Below, piece by piece: positions 27,557 through 38,242 of a DNA stretch of 64,000 nt; the first letter of the stretch is position 1, and each line of letters opens with the position of its first letter. The translations under genes and the position numbers were made by a program. The notes under the pieces were generated by a model that was given only the letters and a program-made list of their open reading frames with translations, was not told the DNA's origin and ran no database searches. The stretch is from Promethearchaeati archaeon. GTDB taxonomy: Archaea; Asgardarchaeota; Heimdallarchaeia; Heimdallarchaeales; Heimdallarchaeaceae. The stretch lies in NCBI GenBank assembly GCA_013166775.1, contig JABLTJ010000016.1, positions 1-64,000 on the forward strand, in the 5' to 3' direction.

Positions 27557-29227
27557 TCACATCATGCCTGGAGGCATTCCACCTGGCATTCCACCTGGCA
27601 TTCCACCTGGCATTCCACCTGGTGGCATTGCTGGAGCTCCAGATTTTGCAACAATAACATCATCAATCCGCATTATCATTATTGCAGACTCGCTTGCTGA
27701 TTTAATAGCTTGAGAAACCACTCTATGAGGTTCTAAAATCTCTGCTTTATACATATCTGTAATCTTACCATTTTGTAATAAATCAATACCGATAGATACT
27801 TTCCCTTCAGCATGTGCAGCACGAAGTTCATTCATTATATCCAAAGGATCTATTCCTGCATTTTCAGCTAAAGTTGATGGAATAGCTAATAATGATTCTG
27901 CGAAAGCCTTTACTGCTAGTTGTCGTTTATCTTTGAATTCATCAGCAAATTCATCAATCCGTAGAGATAGTTCAGTATATATTGCTCCTCCACCTGGTAA
28001 GTATGTTTTATCCTCTACTACATTTCGAACAACACAGAGAGCATCATGAATTCCTCTTTCAGCCTCATCTGTGACATATTTTGTAGCTCCATAAAGGATA
28101 ATTGAAACAGCTTTTGGATTCTTACATTCACGAACGAATACATGATCATCATCTCCAAGTTTGACTTCTTCCACTAAGCCTGCTTCACCGAGGTCATCAA
28201 CTTTTGCATCTTTAAGGTTTGTAACAATCTTAGCTCCAGTTGCTCGAGCAAGTTTCTCCATGTCACTTTTCTTTACTCTTCGGATGGCTAAGATGTTTTC
28301 TTTTGCCATAAAGTATTGTGCCATGTCGTCAATTCCCTTTTGAGCTACAACAACATTGACTCCAAGAGCAATTATTTGGTCAACCATCTCTCTTAAAATT
28401 TGTTCCTCATTATCTAGGAATGATTTCATTTCAAGAGGATCACTAATACGAATTTCTCGATCCCATTCACCTTTCTGAACCTCAACATTCTGATTTAGAA
28501 GTAGAATTTTACCACCTTCAACGGATTTGGGCATTGCTGGATGTACCACTTCCTTGTCGACTATTACACCTTCAATTAATTCTGATTGTGCAAGACTTTT
28601 ACCAGATTTTTGAAGAATTTTAATGTTATCGAGATCTACAGTATATTCACCATTTTCTTTATCTGCTACCTTCTCAACACTCTTTACTGCAATACTTGCT
28701 ATTTTATCTTTAGCTCCATGAACAGCTTTACTGTTTAAAGCAGTTGTAGCAATTTGATGTAGAAGTGTATTTTCTTCTGCGAAAGGTTCTAGAGTTTTAG
28801 AAAATTCATCTAAATATTTTTGAGCTTTGGAAGACGCTGCTTTATACCCTTCTACAATGAGAGACGCATGAATTTTTTTCTCAAGAAGCTCTAAACCGTG
28901 TTTCAAAAACTCACCAGCTAGTATAACAGAACTTGTTGTACCATCACCAGTTTCATCATCTTGTGCTTTAGCTACTTGAACAATCATCTTAGCTGCGGGA
29001 TGTTGAACATCAATTTCATCTAAAATAGTAGCTCCATCATTGGAAATTAAGATATCTCCAAGAGAATCTACTAACATTTTATCCATTCCTTTTGGACCAA
29101 GAGTGCTCTTTATTGTTTCAGAAACTATGGTTGCAGCCATAATGTTATTCTTGCTAGCATCACGACCTTTTGTTCTTTCAGTACCTTCTTTCAAAATAAT
29201 TACAGGTACTTGTCCTTGACCTATCAT
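27557..29227 (-). CDS. ths: Thermosome (group II chaperonin) subunit
   Basis: [32 protein letters not shown]-rich tail. Confidence 0.97.
   Translation of the reverse strand: MIGQGQVPVIILKEGTERTKGRDASKNNIMAATIVSETIKSTLGPKGMDKMLVDSLGDILISNDGATILDEIDVQHPAAKMIVQVAKAQDDETGDGTTSSVILAGEFLKHGLELLEKKIHASLIVEGYKAASSKAQKYLDEFSKTLEPFAEENTLLHQIATTALNSKAVHGAKDKIASIAVKSVEKVADKENGEYTVDLDNIKILQKSGKSLAQSELIEGVIVDKEVVHPAMPKSVEGGKILLLNQNVEVQKGEWDREIRISDPLEMKSFLDNEEQILREMVDQIIALGVNVVVAQKGIDDMAQYFMAKENILAIRRVKKSDMEKLARATGAKIVTNLKDAKVDDLGEAGLVEEVKLGDDDHVFVRECKNPKAVSIILYGATKYVTDEAERGIHDALCVVRNVVEDKTYLPGGGAIYTELSLRIDEFADEFKDKRQLAVKAFAESLLAIPSTLAENAGIDPLDIMNELRAAHAEGKVSIGIDLLQNGKITDMYKAEILEPHRVVSQAIKSASESAIMIMRIDDVIVAKSGAPAMPPGGMPGGMPGGMPGGMPPGMM
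27573..27620. repeat. 4 x 12-bp coding tandem repeat (PGGM tail of thermosome)
   Basis: GGCATTCCACCT x4, exact. Confidence 0.9.
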
Positions 29228-29475
29228 GTTTTTTTCACCTTTTTATTGGATGTTATTAAAATTTAATAACAATTTTGAAACTATTTTCAAGCAAGTGTTC
29301 ATTCATTGATATATAATTCTTGCGATTTTGAAAAAAAATTCCTCTTGAGAAAAAAATCTAATCTTATGCATATACTCTTGTGTGATTAATTATTATTCTT
29401 TCTTTTATTTCAATGAGAATTTATGAAAATGTTTTTATCATTTCATTGTATTTTGCTTATGCTGGGATTATCCAA

Positions 29476-31047
29476 ATGTCTGAAGATGAAGCCCTTCAAG
29501 ATACAGAGAAAGTTCGTTTACTCTTCTTCACAAGTCCTACATGCTTTGCATGTCCAGATGTTGAAAGAGTACTAGAGAACATTGCTGGTACTTCAATGAA
29601 AGGAATGTTACATGTAAGTACAATTGATATTACAGAAGAGCAAGAGATTGCTGCTCAATATGGAATCATGAGTGTGCCTGTTATAATGTTAAATGAGGAA
29701 AGAATAGCTGAGGGACTAATCACAGAAGATGTTATACGTGAAAAACTTTGGTCCTCAATTCTTCCAAATATGATTTTAAGTGAAAGAGATACTCGTCGCA
29801 AAGAGAGTATGATGATTCTAACCAAGAACACAATTAGTAGTATTATCTCACAAGAACTAGTTAGAGAGAATCTTGGTGATTATGTTCACATTAGTACATA
29901 CCAACAAGTGATGATGTCTCTGCTTGCATTAGATCCTTTAATTCCTCAACTCCTGTATCAAAGTGGTAGAGAATTAGGAATGTATGGCGCGGCACCATAT
30001 TACCTAACTGTGTTAAATCCAAAAGTAGGTGCTGTAAAACCAGAAGAGAGGTTTCAAGAAACTCTAATCGCACTTGCTCAATTGTATAGCCGTAACAACA
30101 TTGTTCCACTATATCAGGCTACGCATTGTGATATAGCAAAACTAGAGGGATATACTGCTACTTTAAGAATTTATGAATTAGCAAATAGTGCTGGTGCTAT
30201 AAATATTAGCGAACCGCTATGTCATTATACCGCAGGTGAAATTGCTGGAACAGTTGAAGCTATGATTGGTTTTGGCGCTAGAGTTATTGAAATAAAATGC
30301 AAAGGATTGGGCGATGCATATTGTGAGTTTGAAATAGAAGTTTTCCAAGGAAAAGAACCAGGCAATGTAGCTTATCGGACTATGGAGATTAAAGAAGAAG
30401 ATAAGAAAATTAAATTTCTTGGAGATTTTCCTGCAGAAGAATATCGAAGACAACTTTTCTATGAATTCATACATGAAACTACCCAACATGGTTACAATTC
30501 CCTAAAAATGACCGAATCATTAAGACCTAATGATCAGGATTATGTTCACATAAGTTCTTTACAACAACAGATAATATCTTTAAAATTCAGAGATAAATTC
30601 TGTGGTGCTCTACTATATTCCGCAGGAAGAGAATTAGGTGTTATAGGACCAGCAAAAAATCTGATATATGATTTGTTAGCCGCGGAAAAAGCGGAATTAC
30701 CTATAGATTCACTTAAACAAGCAACAGAAATAATCAGACAATATCTGACTCATCCAACCAACTATTTGCCTAGAGCTCACTCTTTTGTAAATGTTCTAGA
30801 TGGAGAAGATGAAGATGAAATGTACATTCAAATTCATGAGTGTGCATATGCATCTGGAGCTAATCTTTCAGAAACCAACTTAAATGAGACACTTTGTGAT
30901 TTTCAAGCAGGATACTTGGCAGGACGATTGGCATTAATACTTAAAGATCCCCCAATTGTAACTGAAACAAAATGCCATGGGACTGGGCATAATTTTTGCG
31001 AATTTCGAATTGAGAAAGGGTATTCATTCGAAGAAAGTGGTCATTAA
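29476..31047 (+). CDS. Thioredoxin-domain + tandem V4R-domain protein
   Basis: FTSPTCFACP and SVP cis-Pro loop, then two repeats DYVHIS..QQ...LLY..GRELG...C...AG..AG...E.KC...G...CEF. Start probably MSEDEAL. Confidence 0.85.
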   Translation: MSEDEALQDTEKVRLLFFTSPTCFACPDVERVLENIAGTSMKGMLHVSTIDITEEQEIAAQYGIMSVPVIMLNEERIAEGLITEDVIREKLWSSILPNMILSERDTRRKESMMILTKNTISSIISQELVRENLGDYVHISTYQQVMMSLLALDPLIPQLLYQSGRELGMYGAAPYYLTVLNPKVGAVKPEERFQETLIALAQLYSRNNIVPLYQATHCDIAKLEGYTATLRIYELANSAGAINISEPLCHYTAGEIAGTVEAMIGFGARVIEIKCKGLGDAYCEFEIEVFQGKEPGNVAYRTMEIKEEDKKIKFLGDFPAEEYRRQLFYEFIHETTQHGYNSLKMTESLRPNDQDYVHISSLQQQIISLKFRDKFCGALLYSAGRELGVIGPAKNLIYDLLAAEKAELPIDSLKQATEIIRQYLTHPTNYLPRAHSFVNVLDGEDEDEMYIQIHECAYASGANLSETNLNETLCDFQAGYLAGRLALILKDPPIVTETKCHGTGHNFCEFRIEKGYSFEESGH

Positions 31048-31127
31048 TTTTCTAATCGCCATCAAAAAAGTTATAACTAAACTTATTTGTAGGTTTCAAA
31101 AAGGGCTTCGAGTAAAGGACGATAACT

Positions 31128-31607
31128 ATGAGCAAAGCTATAAGAATCTGGGATAAAGAAGCAGTATGGCCCAGTGTTATTACTGTATTTTCAATTTCAT
31201 TACTAGCACAAATTCCACATTTCTATTATTTACATGAAATTATCAAACTAAATGATTGGGCAACACTTCCATTGTTGATAGCATTCCCGATTTTCAGTTC
31301 GATAGGTTTGAGCGCTGTTTCACTCCTTTTCTCTGAATATTTAATGAACAGAGTGAGAGATACTAAGCAAAGAAAATTATTTAGATTCTTAATTCGTGGA
31401 TCTTTACTAACTATCACAATTTATTTTGTAATACAAATCTTGATTATCTTCTTTGTTTTCGATGCTTCGCCAGTTTTAATAAATGCTTTACCTGATAATG
31501 TAATAGACAATATCACATTCAAGGAAATTCTTGGTGTTTCTCTTATGCTTATTATTGGAATATTCGTTAATCCTCCAATTCAAATTCAATTAAGAAGGAG
31601 AAAATAA
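31128..31607 (+). CDS. Hypothetical membrane protein (about 4 TM)
   Basis: Four hydrophobic segments and a basic C-terminus. Confidence 0.7.
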   Translation: MSKAIRIWDKEAVWPSVITVFSISLLAQIPHFYYLHEIIKLNDWATLPLLIAFPIFSSIGLSAVSLLFSEYLMNRVRDTKQRKLFRFLIRGSLLTITIYFVIQILIIFFVFDASPVLINALPDNVIDNITFKEILGVSLMLIIGIFVNPPIQIQLRRRK

Positions 31608-31629
31608 GAATAAAATGAAAAAAGAGAAT

Positions 31630-33147
31630 TTAAGGAACATATTCTCCATTTTCTAATTTTTCTTTAAGTATTTTATAAGAAACAACTAAATTCTTTACAG
31701 ACCATCCAATATCCACTCTGCTAACTGTAGCATTGTATGGGGCATGATGTGCATATTCTACATCTTTTCTGGCTTTTTCCATCTCTATCTCTACAGCATC
31801 AACGTATTTGTCGATAGTGTCTTTGTTCTCGTTTTCTGTAGGTTCAACCATCCAAGCTTCATGTGCAATTAGCGGAAAATACACAGTAGGTGCATGCATT
31901 CCATGGTCGAGAATCATCTTACCAATATCTTTTCCAGAAACATCATAGTTTCTTAGAGCTGGAGTAGCCTCTAGAACTCCTTCATGTTTTCTTGGTATAG
32001 AAGGTCCATGGCTTAGTCTGAAACCATCTATTTTCTCTAGTTTTCTTACCGCATAATTAGCAGTTAAACATGCTTGTTCTGCTGTATGTTGTAATCCTTC
32101 GAAGCCAAGTGCAGCTATGTAAGCGTATGCTCTTAAAGCAATAGCAACATTACCATAATATCCATGCAACTTACCAATAGATTTAGGTCTGTCGTGATTG
32201 AAAAAGTAATAATCTTTGTCTTTATCATAGTCTATGGTTGGCACTGGTAAATAAGGTTCTAAAATATCATTGCAGCTTACTGATGCAGCTCCAGGACCTC
32301 CTCCACCATGTGGAGTTGAAAATGTTTTATGAAGGTTGAAATGCAACACATCGTATCCCATATCTCCTGGTCTGATTTTTCCAACAATTGCATTAAAGTT
32401 TGCACCATCATAGTACAGTAATCCACCAGCTTCCTTAACAATTTGTGACATCTCGATGATGTCTTTTTCGAAAATTCCTAAGGTATTTGGATTTGTCAGC
32501 ATTAAGCCAGCAGTTTTTTCGGAAACAGCTGCTTTGAGTGCGTCCATGTTTACTCTACCATCTTCGTTGGATTTAATCTCGATAAGTTTCATTCCATTCA
32601 TTACAGTACTTGCAGGATTGGTTCCATGACTGGAATCAGGAGCAATTATTTCATCTCTTTGTTTATTCTCATGATCATCATGATATGCTTTAATTAGAGC
32701 AAGACCACAATACTCACCACTCGCACCTGCAGGTGTTTGTAGAGTTGTATGAGGAAGACCTGCTAGATTTCCTAATGCTACTTGTAATTCATATAATATC
32801 TGTAGAATTCCTTGAACGGATTCTTCTGGTTGATTAGGATGAAGGTACATCATTTTTTCTGATCTAGCAATAGTTTCATTGATTTTTGGATTATATTTCA
32901 TTGTGCAAGAACCTAAAGGATACATACCTGTATCAACACAATAATTCATCTGTGCTAGTCGAACATAATGTCTCATAACTTCTCCTTCATGAAGTTCAGG
33001 TAATTCAGGTAATTTAGTTCGTTTCATGCTTTCAGGGATTTTGATATCCTCTCTTGGAAAATCACATCTTGGTGGGATATTAGCTCTTCTTCCTTTTTTG
33101 CTCAAATCGAAAATTAAAGGTTCATCATATTTTGCTTGTCTGTACAT
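31630..33147 (-). CDS. gcvPB: Glycine dehydrogenase (decarboxylating) subunit 2
   Basis: PLGSCTMKYNP, YYDGAN, HFNLHKTFSTPHGGGGPG. Confidence 0.97.
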   Translation of the reverse strand: MYRQAKYDEPLIFDLSKKGRRANIPPRCDFPREDIKIPESMKRTKLPELPELHEGEVMRHYVRLAQMNYCVDTGMYPLGSCTMKYNPKINETIARSEKMMYLHPNQPEESVQGILQILYELQVALGNLAGLPHTTLQTPAGASGEYCGLALIKAYHDDHENKQRDEIIAPDSSHGTNPASTVMNGMKLIEIKSNEDGRVNMDALKAAVSEKTAGLMLTNPNTLGIFEKDIIEMSQIVKEAGGLLYYDGANFNAIVGKIRPGDMGYDVLHFNLHKTFSTPHGGGGPGAASVSCNDILEPYLPVPTIDYDKDKDYYFFNHDRPKSIGKLHGYYGNVAIALRAYAYIAALGFEGLQHTAEQACLTANYAVRKLEKIDGFRLSHGPSIPRKHEGVLEATPALRNYDVSGKDIGKMILDHGMHAPTVYFPLIAHEAWMVEPTENENKDTIDKYVDAVEIEMEKARKDVEYAHHAPYNATVSRVDIGWSVKNLVVSYKILKEKLENGEYVP

Positions 33148-33148
33148 T

Positions 33149-34537
33149 TTAATTCCTCCATTCTCCAATAGCCTTAACAAAATCGTTAAGATCGTCTTCG
33201 CATAGTAAGTACGAAGTAGTTATAAGATAATCGTAGTTTTCACCATCAAAGCTGTATGGTATACCAGCAAGAATTTTTCTTTCAAGCATGAAGTTTGTAA
33301 ATTCCTTCTTTTTACTCTTTGGAACCTTAAGATCAATCAAGAATGAATTAAAGAATTCGCCTGTAAATACTCTTTTAATGCCTTTCTTTTCTAATTCAGA
33401 AGCTACATAATGAGAGCTTAGATACATTGTTTCTGCGGAATCTTTGTAACCTTCTTTTCCTAGAAGTGCTAGATGAACTGCACAACTTAATGCTACAAGA
33501 GCTTCATTAGTACAGATGTTACTGGTTGCTCTTTCACGTTTAATATGCTGTTCTCTTGTTTGCAAAGTGTTACAAAAAGCTCTCTCTCCTTCTTTCTGTG
33601 TTATAGTGATACCAACGATACGTCCTGGTAATTGACGGATATCGCGCTTATCATATTTCATGGACATGATACCTAGTAATGGGCCACCAAAATTGAGTGG
33701 TCCTCCACCTATAGTTTGTCCTTCGCCTATGCAAATATCTGCACCGTATTCTCCAGGAGATTTCATTAGAGCAAGGGAATTCATGTCAGCTCCAACAACC
33801 ACTCTAATGCCTTTTTCATGTGCATCATTAATGATTTCTTCTATTTCATCTTCAATAACTCCGAAGAAGTTAGGATTTTCTATATAGATTCCAGCAAAAG
33901 TCTCATCCATCATTTCCTTTGCCTTTGTTATATCCATTTTTCCAGTTGTGCTGTCATGAGGAACAATCTCTAGTGAGAGTTTTGCACCTGTAACATAGTT
34001 CTTCAACACAGCTTCACGGTTCGGAGCAATAGCTGATGTATACAAGAATTTATTTCGTTTTGTGATACGTGCACACATTAAAGCAGCTTCACCTACTCCA
34101 GTAGCCCAATCATAAAGAGAAGCATTTGCTAGATCCATTCCTGTGAGCTCGCAAATCATGCTCTGATATTCAAATAAAGCTTGAAGGGAACCCTGAGAAA
34201 CCTCTTCTTGGTACTGTGTGTAACCGGAATAGAATTCTGTTCTTCGTAAAATTTCATCTTGCAAAGCTGGTACATATATATCCAACACTCCTCCTCCTAT
34301 GAAACTCCTAAGCTCTCTTGTTGTTAAATTTTTACTTAACTTGACCTTAATTGCTTCCATAAGAGCATATTCACTTTCATAGAATGGAATATCAAGATCT
34401 CCTTTGAATTTAATTTCCTCAGGAATATCAGAATATAAATCATTTACATCTTTTATTCCTAAGTATTCCATCATTCCATCCAAATCTTTTTGCGAGTTTG
34501 CAAGATAAGGATGTCCTTTAAAATCATCTTCTGTCAT
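33149..34537 (-). CDS. gcvPA: Glycine dehydrogenase (decarboxylating) subunit 1
   Basis: YTQYQEEVSQG, NASLYD, NFGGP, LQTREQHIKRERATSNICTN. Confidence 0.97.
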   Translation of the reverse strand: MTEDDFKGHPYLANSQKDLDGMMEYLGIKDVNDLYSDIPEEIKFKGDLDIPFYESEYALMEAIKVKLSKNLTTRELRSFIGGGVLDIYVPALQDEILRRTEFYSGYTQYQEEVSQGSLQALFEYQSMICELTGMDLANASLYDWATGVGEAALMCARITKRNKFLYTSAIAPNREAVLKNYVTGAKLSLEIVPHDSTTGKMDITKAKEMMDETFAGIYIENPNFFGVIEDEIEEIINDAHEKGIRVVVGADMNSLALMKSPGEYGADICIGEGQTIGGGPLNFGGPLLGIMSMKYDKRDIRQLPGRIVGITITQKEGERAFCNTLQTREQHIKRERATSNICTNEALVALSCAVHLALLGKEGYKDSAETMYLSSHYVASELEKKGIKRVFTGEFFNSFLIDLKVPKSKKKEFTNFMLERKILAGIPYSFDGENYDYLITTSYLLCEDDLNDFVKAIGEWRN

Positions 34538-34559
34538 TTTTTTACCTCATATAAATTGA

Positions 34560-34588
34560 TAAAAATAGAGGGGGAAAGTTCTCCTCTA
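34560..34588 (-). terminator. Possible hairpin + T-tract between gcvH and gcvPA
   Basis: Minus strand TAGAGG...CCTCTA followed by TTTTT immediately after the gcvH stop. Confidence 0.3.
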
Positions 34589-34592
34589 AAAT

Positions 34593-35015
34593 TTAGTGAG
34601 TACCTTCTTCAATCAATTTTTCTACGAGTTTGACGTAGTCTTCAACATTAAGAAGATGGTCAGTACCATTTGTTGGTTTAACTTTAAGAATCCATCCTTC
34701 ACCATAACAATCTTCTGTTATTGGTGCTGCATCGTCTTCTAAGTTAGTATTTGCTTCAACAACTTCACAATCAAATGGTGCATAGAAATCTACTACTGCC
34801 TTAAGGGCTTCAATAATCCCCATTGAATCAGCATTTGAAAAGGTATCTCCAACAGCTGGAAGCTCAACGTAAGCTAGTTCTCCAAGTTCTGTGCTAGCAT
34901 AATTGGATATTCCATAAATCCATACATCTCCTTCCTGCTTAACCCACTCACTTTCTTTTGTGTAAAGTAGGTTATCTTTTATTGTATATTTATCTTTAAT
35001 TACTATATCGCCCAT
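34593..35015 (-). CDS. gcvH: Glycine cleavage system H protein
   Basis: YTKESEW, GISNYA..ELGEL.YVELP, lipoyl-Lys EALKAV, CYGEGW. Confidence 0.95.
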   Translation of the reverse strand: MGDIVIKDKYTIKDNLLYTKESEWVKQEGDVWIYGISNYASTELGELAYVELPAVGDTFSNADSMGIIEALKAVVDFYAPFDCEVVEANTNLEDDAAPITEDCYGEGWILKVKPTNGTDHLLNVEDYVKLVEKLIEEGTH

Positions 35016-35165
35016 TTTTATTCCTCTATTTTGTAGGATTGTTTTAACAAAAAACAATTCAGTTTATAAAGATTATCTCATGGATACCTTTTGTAATTCT
35101 TGGGATAAAACCTTTCTAACTCAATATTAAGGTGTTTTAGATTTTGACTTAAATTTATTTGATTT

Positions 35166-35594
35166 TTATAAATCTAGAATAACGTGACAATACCAATCCT
35201 CTTTTCTTTTTTCTATCAAAAACTTGTACATTGTTACAGCTTTTACATCTGTTAGCAACTCATCATTTTCATAATCTATTTCTGTCCCATGAGCTTTGCA
35301 AGAAAGCGAATATATCTCATTCTCTTTTATCTCTATTTCATAATCTTTGAAAAGCGAGACATCAACGTCCTTCAGATATACTAATTCACTTAGGAAATCA
35401 TATAGTAATAATTCTAAAGAATCAGATTCCAATTCTATATCCCATGTTCTTTTAGCTACAATTTTATTCACTTCAATCATTGCTTCCATCATAGCAATTC
35501 CAGCTCCTCTAAATAGCTCTGATATAGTATCTGAATAAACTTCAAAAGCAAAATCTGATTTCACTTCTTCTGTGAGTATGTTATATCTGAACAT
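35166..35594 (-). CDS. Archease (RtcB activator)
   Basis: SDFAFEVY, LLYDFLSELVY, DVKAVT, ILDL terminus. Head-to-head with rtcB. Confidence 0.9.
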   Translation of the reverse strand: MFRYNILTEEVKSDFAFEVYSDTISELFRGAGIAMMEAMIEVNKIVAKRTWDIELESDSLELLLYDFLSELVYLKDVDVSLFKDYEIEIKENEIYSLSCKAHGTEIDYENDELLTDVKAVTMYKFLIEKRKEDWYCHVILDL

Positions 35595-35694
35595 TGCTCT
35601 CAAAAAAAAGCAAGACCAAATGATTAAAAACAATACCATTTTGCATATTTTCTGATAAACCAAGAGGTTTATTAAAACACAAAATTCTCTAAAG

Positions 35695-37179
35695 ATGAGT
35701 AAAATGTCTAGTAACAATGTTCCGATGAAAAAAATAGATCAATCTACTTGGGAAATTCCTGTATCATTCAAAAAAGGAATGAGAGTTCCAGCAAGATTGA
35801 TTGTAACTCCTGCTCTAAAGAAAGGAATCGAAGGTGGGGTTATCGATCAGATAACTAATGTTGCTACATTACCAGGAATTCAAAAATATGCAATTGCTCT
35901 TCCAGATGCTCACAGAGGTTACGGTTTTCCTATTGGTGGAGTCGCCGCTATGGATATGGAGGAAGGAGTGATAAGTCCTGGGGGGGTAGGTTTTGATATC
36001 AATTGTGGAGTTAGGATGCTAACGACTACATTAGAAGAGAGAGACGTTCGTCCAAAAATAAAAGAACTTGTAGAGAAACTATTTCAAAGAGTTCCCGCAG
36101 GTGTTGGTGTAAAACTCTCACATGATAATTTTTTAGCAAGTATTTCTCGCTCCGTTTTTGATGCAGTACTTGAGAATGGTGCACAATGGTGTTTAGAAAA
36201 TGGTTATGCTCGTGATGAGGATGTTAGAAGAATAGAAAGTCAAGGTAAGATGCTTCGAGCTGATTCATCTAAGGTTAGTGATAAAGCGAAAAGTCGTGGA
36301 TTAAGACAACTCGGAACACTTGGTTCAGGAAATCATTATTTAGAAATTCAAGTAATAAAACCTGGTGATATATTTGATTCTGAAATGGGTGCAAAATTCG
36401 GACTTACTGGTCCATATCAAGTCACAGCTATGATTCATTGTGGATCAAGAGGTATGGGTCATCAAGTAGCATCTGATTACCTAAGAACTTGCTTAACAGC
36501 AATGAGAAAATATAACCTTCCGATAATCGATCAAGAACTAGCTAGTGTGCCAATTACCTCAAGAGAGGGAGAAGATTACTTTGCTGCTATGAGTTGTGCT
36601 TCAAATATGGCTTTTGCGAATCGTCAGATAATTACTCATAATGTTAGAAAAGTCTTCTCTGAAGTTTTTCATAAAGATGAAGAAGAATTAGGTCTCAATT
36701 TAATTTATGATGTAGCTCATAACATAGCTAAAATTGAAGAACATAATGTAGATGGACAAAAAAAGAAGCTGATGGTTCATAGAAAAGGTGCAACAAGAGG
36801 ATTTCCTCCACATCATCCTGAGATACCTGAAGAATACAAAGAACTTGGACAGCCTATTATACTCGGAGGTTCAATGGAAACAAGTTCTTATCTTTTAACT
36901 GGAACACAAAAAGCAATGGAAGTTAGTTTTGGATCTACTGCACATGGGGCTGGAAGAACTATGAGTAGAAGCAGAGCTAAAAAGCAAATAAGAGGCGATT
37001 TCCTCCAAAGGAAAATGAGAGAAAAGGGAATATATGTTAAAGGAGCATCAATGCCTGGTTTAGCTGAAGAAGCTGGCTTCGCATACAAGGATATAGATGA
37101 AGTTGTAAATGCACTGAAAATATCAGGAATTGGTCACCCCATTGTTAGAGTTACACCTTTAGGTAATGTCAAAGGATAA
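35695..37179 (+). CDS. rtcB: tRNA-splicing RNA ligase RtcB
   Basis: PDAHRGYGFPIG, DINCG, GNHY, HCGSRG, HRKGAT, STAHGAGR, EEA..AYK. Confidence 0.97.
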   Translation: MSKMSSNNVPMKKIDQSTWEIPVSFKKGMRVPARLIVTPALKKGIEGGVIDQITNVATLPGIQKYAIALPDAHRGYGFPIGGVAAMDMEEGVISPGGVGFDINCGVRMLTTTLEERDVRPKIKELVEKLFQRVPAGVGVKLSHDNFLASISRSVFDAVLENGAQWCLENGYARDEDVRRIESQGKMLRADSSKVSDKAKSRGLRQLGTLGSGNHYLEIQVIKPGDIFDSEMGAKFGLTGPYQVTAMIHCGSRGMGHQVASDYLRTCLTAMRKYNLPIIDQELASVPITSREGEDYFAAMSCASNMAFANRQIITHNVRKVFSEVFHKDEEELGLNLIYDVAHNIAKIEEHNVDGQKKKLMVHRKGATRGFPPHHPEIPEEYKELGQPIILGGSMETSSYLLTGTQKAMEVSFGSTAHGAGRTMSRSRAKKQIRGDFLQRKMREKGIYVKGASMPGLAEEAGFAYKDIDEVVNALKISGIGHPIVRVTPLGNVKG

Positions 37180-37198
37180 ATATTTAACTCTCAGCTTT

Positions 37199-38230
37199 TT
37201 ATTTTTCTCTTAAATCAACAAAAGATATTGCTAATCCTTTCTTTCTCGCCCACGAATCTATTTTTTCAACAACTATCTCCAAATTATCCGTTTCTGCTCC
37301 TGCCGCTGGTTTGTGACCGCCACCATCCATTGATTGTGCTAACAAATCAACTCTATATTTTTCCTTCTGTTCTTCTGAAAGTTTCTTATTTAATCTTAGA
37401 CTAATTTTAACCTCTGTAGGATAAACTGTGATATAAGCAGCCCCCATAGCTCCTCTTTTTTGTACTTCCCTCGCAACAAATGTAAGATTGTAATGTAAAG
37501 GATTATCAATAATAACTACAAAATCAGTAATTTCAATTTCCTTTGCAATCTCCATAGAAGATTTTCTTGATTGCCGTAAATTCTTAACTCGATGAGCTAA
37601 TTCAGGTTTCCATAGTCCTTCTAATCCCTCAAAAGCAAGAATTTCAATTAATTCGTCATGTTCTTGTATAGTAAAAGTGGATTTACATATATCTTCAATA
37701 AACCATATTTTTTCATCCCATGACAACTTTGAGAAATTATCTAGAAGTCCAAGTGGGGGTGGAATTTCATAACTAGCTGTATCTGTAATTTTACTTATTC
37801 GAACCAGTTCTTTAAGGTGTTCAGGAAGAGAGTCGGAGAAAATTTTCTCTATAAGGTAAGCAGTACTTGGGGCACCAGCAACAAAATATATGTTGTTGGA
37901 TTTAATGATTTTTCCAATATTTGATATGTGATGATCAAAGAAGTATTCTGCTGTATTAGAGTGAAAGGGTTCTAAGTCAACAATAGCGAACCAATTGGCA
38001 TCAGCGATTTTATCTATTATTTCTCTCTCCTTGAAAAGAGCGTAATCTAGAGGAATAAAAACAAGTTCTTTATCAGAAAATAAGAAGCGAATCAAAACTG
38101 CTGAAATTATGCCGTCCGGACAATTAAAATGATACGCAACTTTCTGTTGAGTTTTAGAAGAGAGTTGTAGTATTTCCTCCCTGTATTTCTCTTTCTTAAT
38201 GATATGCTCTTTCAACTTCTTTGATGACAT
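37199..38230 (-). CDS. DHH/DHHA1 family phosphoesterase
   Basis: H..CPDG, VD, DHH, SLR, GGGHKPAAG. Confidence 0.85.
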   Translation of the reverse strand: MSSKKLKEHIIKKEKYREEILQLSSKTQQKVAYHFNCPDGIISAVLIRFLFSDKELVFIPLDYALFKEREIIDKIADANWFAIVDLEPFHSNTAEYFFDHHISNIGKIIKSNNIYFVAGAPSTAYLIEKIFSDSLPEHLKELVRISKITDTASYEIPPPLGLLDNFSKLSWDEKIWFIEDICKSTFTIQEHDELIEILAFEGLEGLWKPELAHRVKNLRQSRKSSMEIAKEIEITDFVVIIDNPLHYNLTFVAREVQKRGAMGAAYITVYPTEVKISLRLNKKLSEEQKEKYRVDLLAQSMDGGGHKPAAGAETDNLEIVVEKIDSWARKKGLAISFVDLREK

Positions 38231-38242
38231 TAGATTTCACAT

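Noticed and set aside
27504-27713. PPGI-repeat ORF
   Set aside because: Antisense of the thermosome GGM tail.
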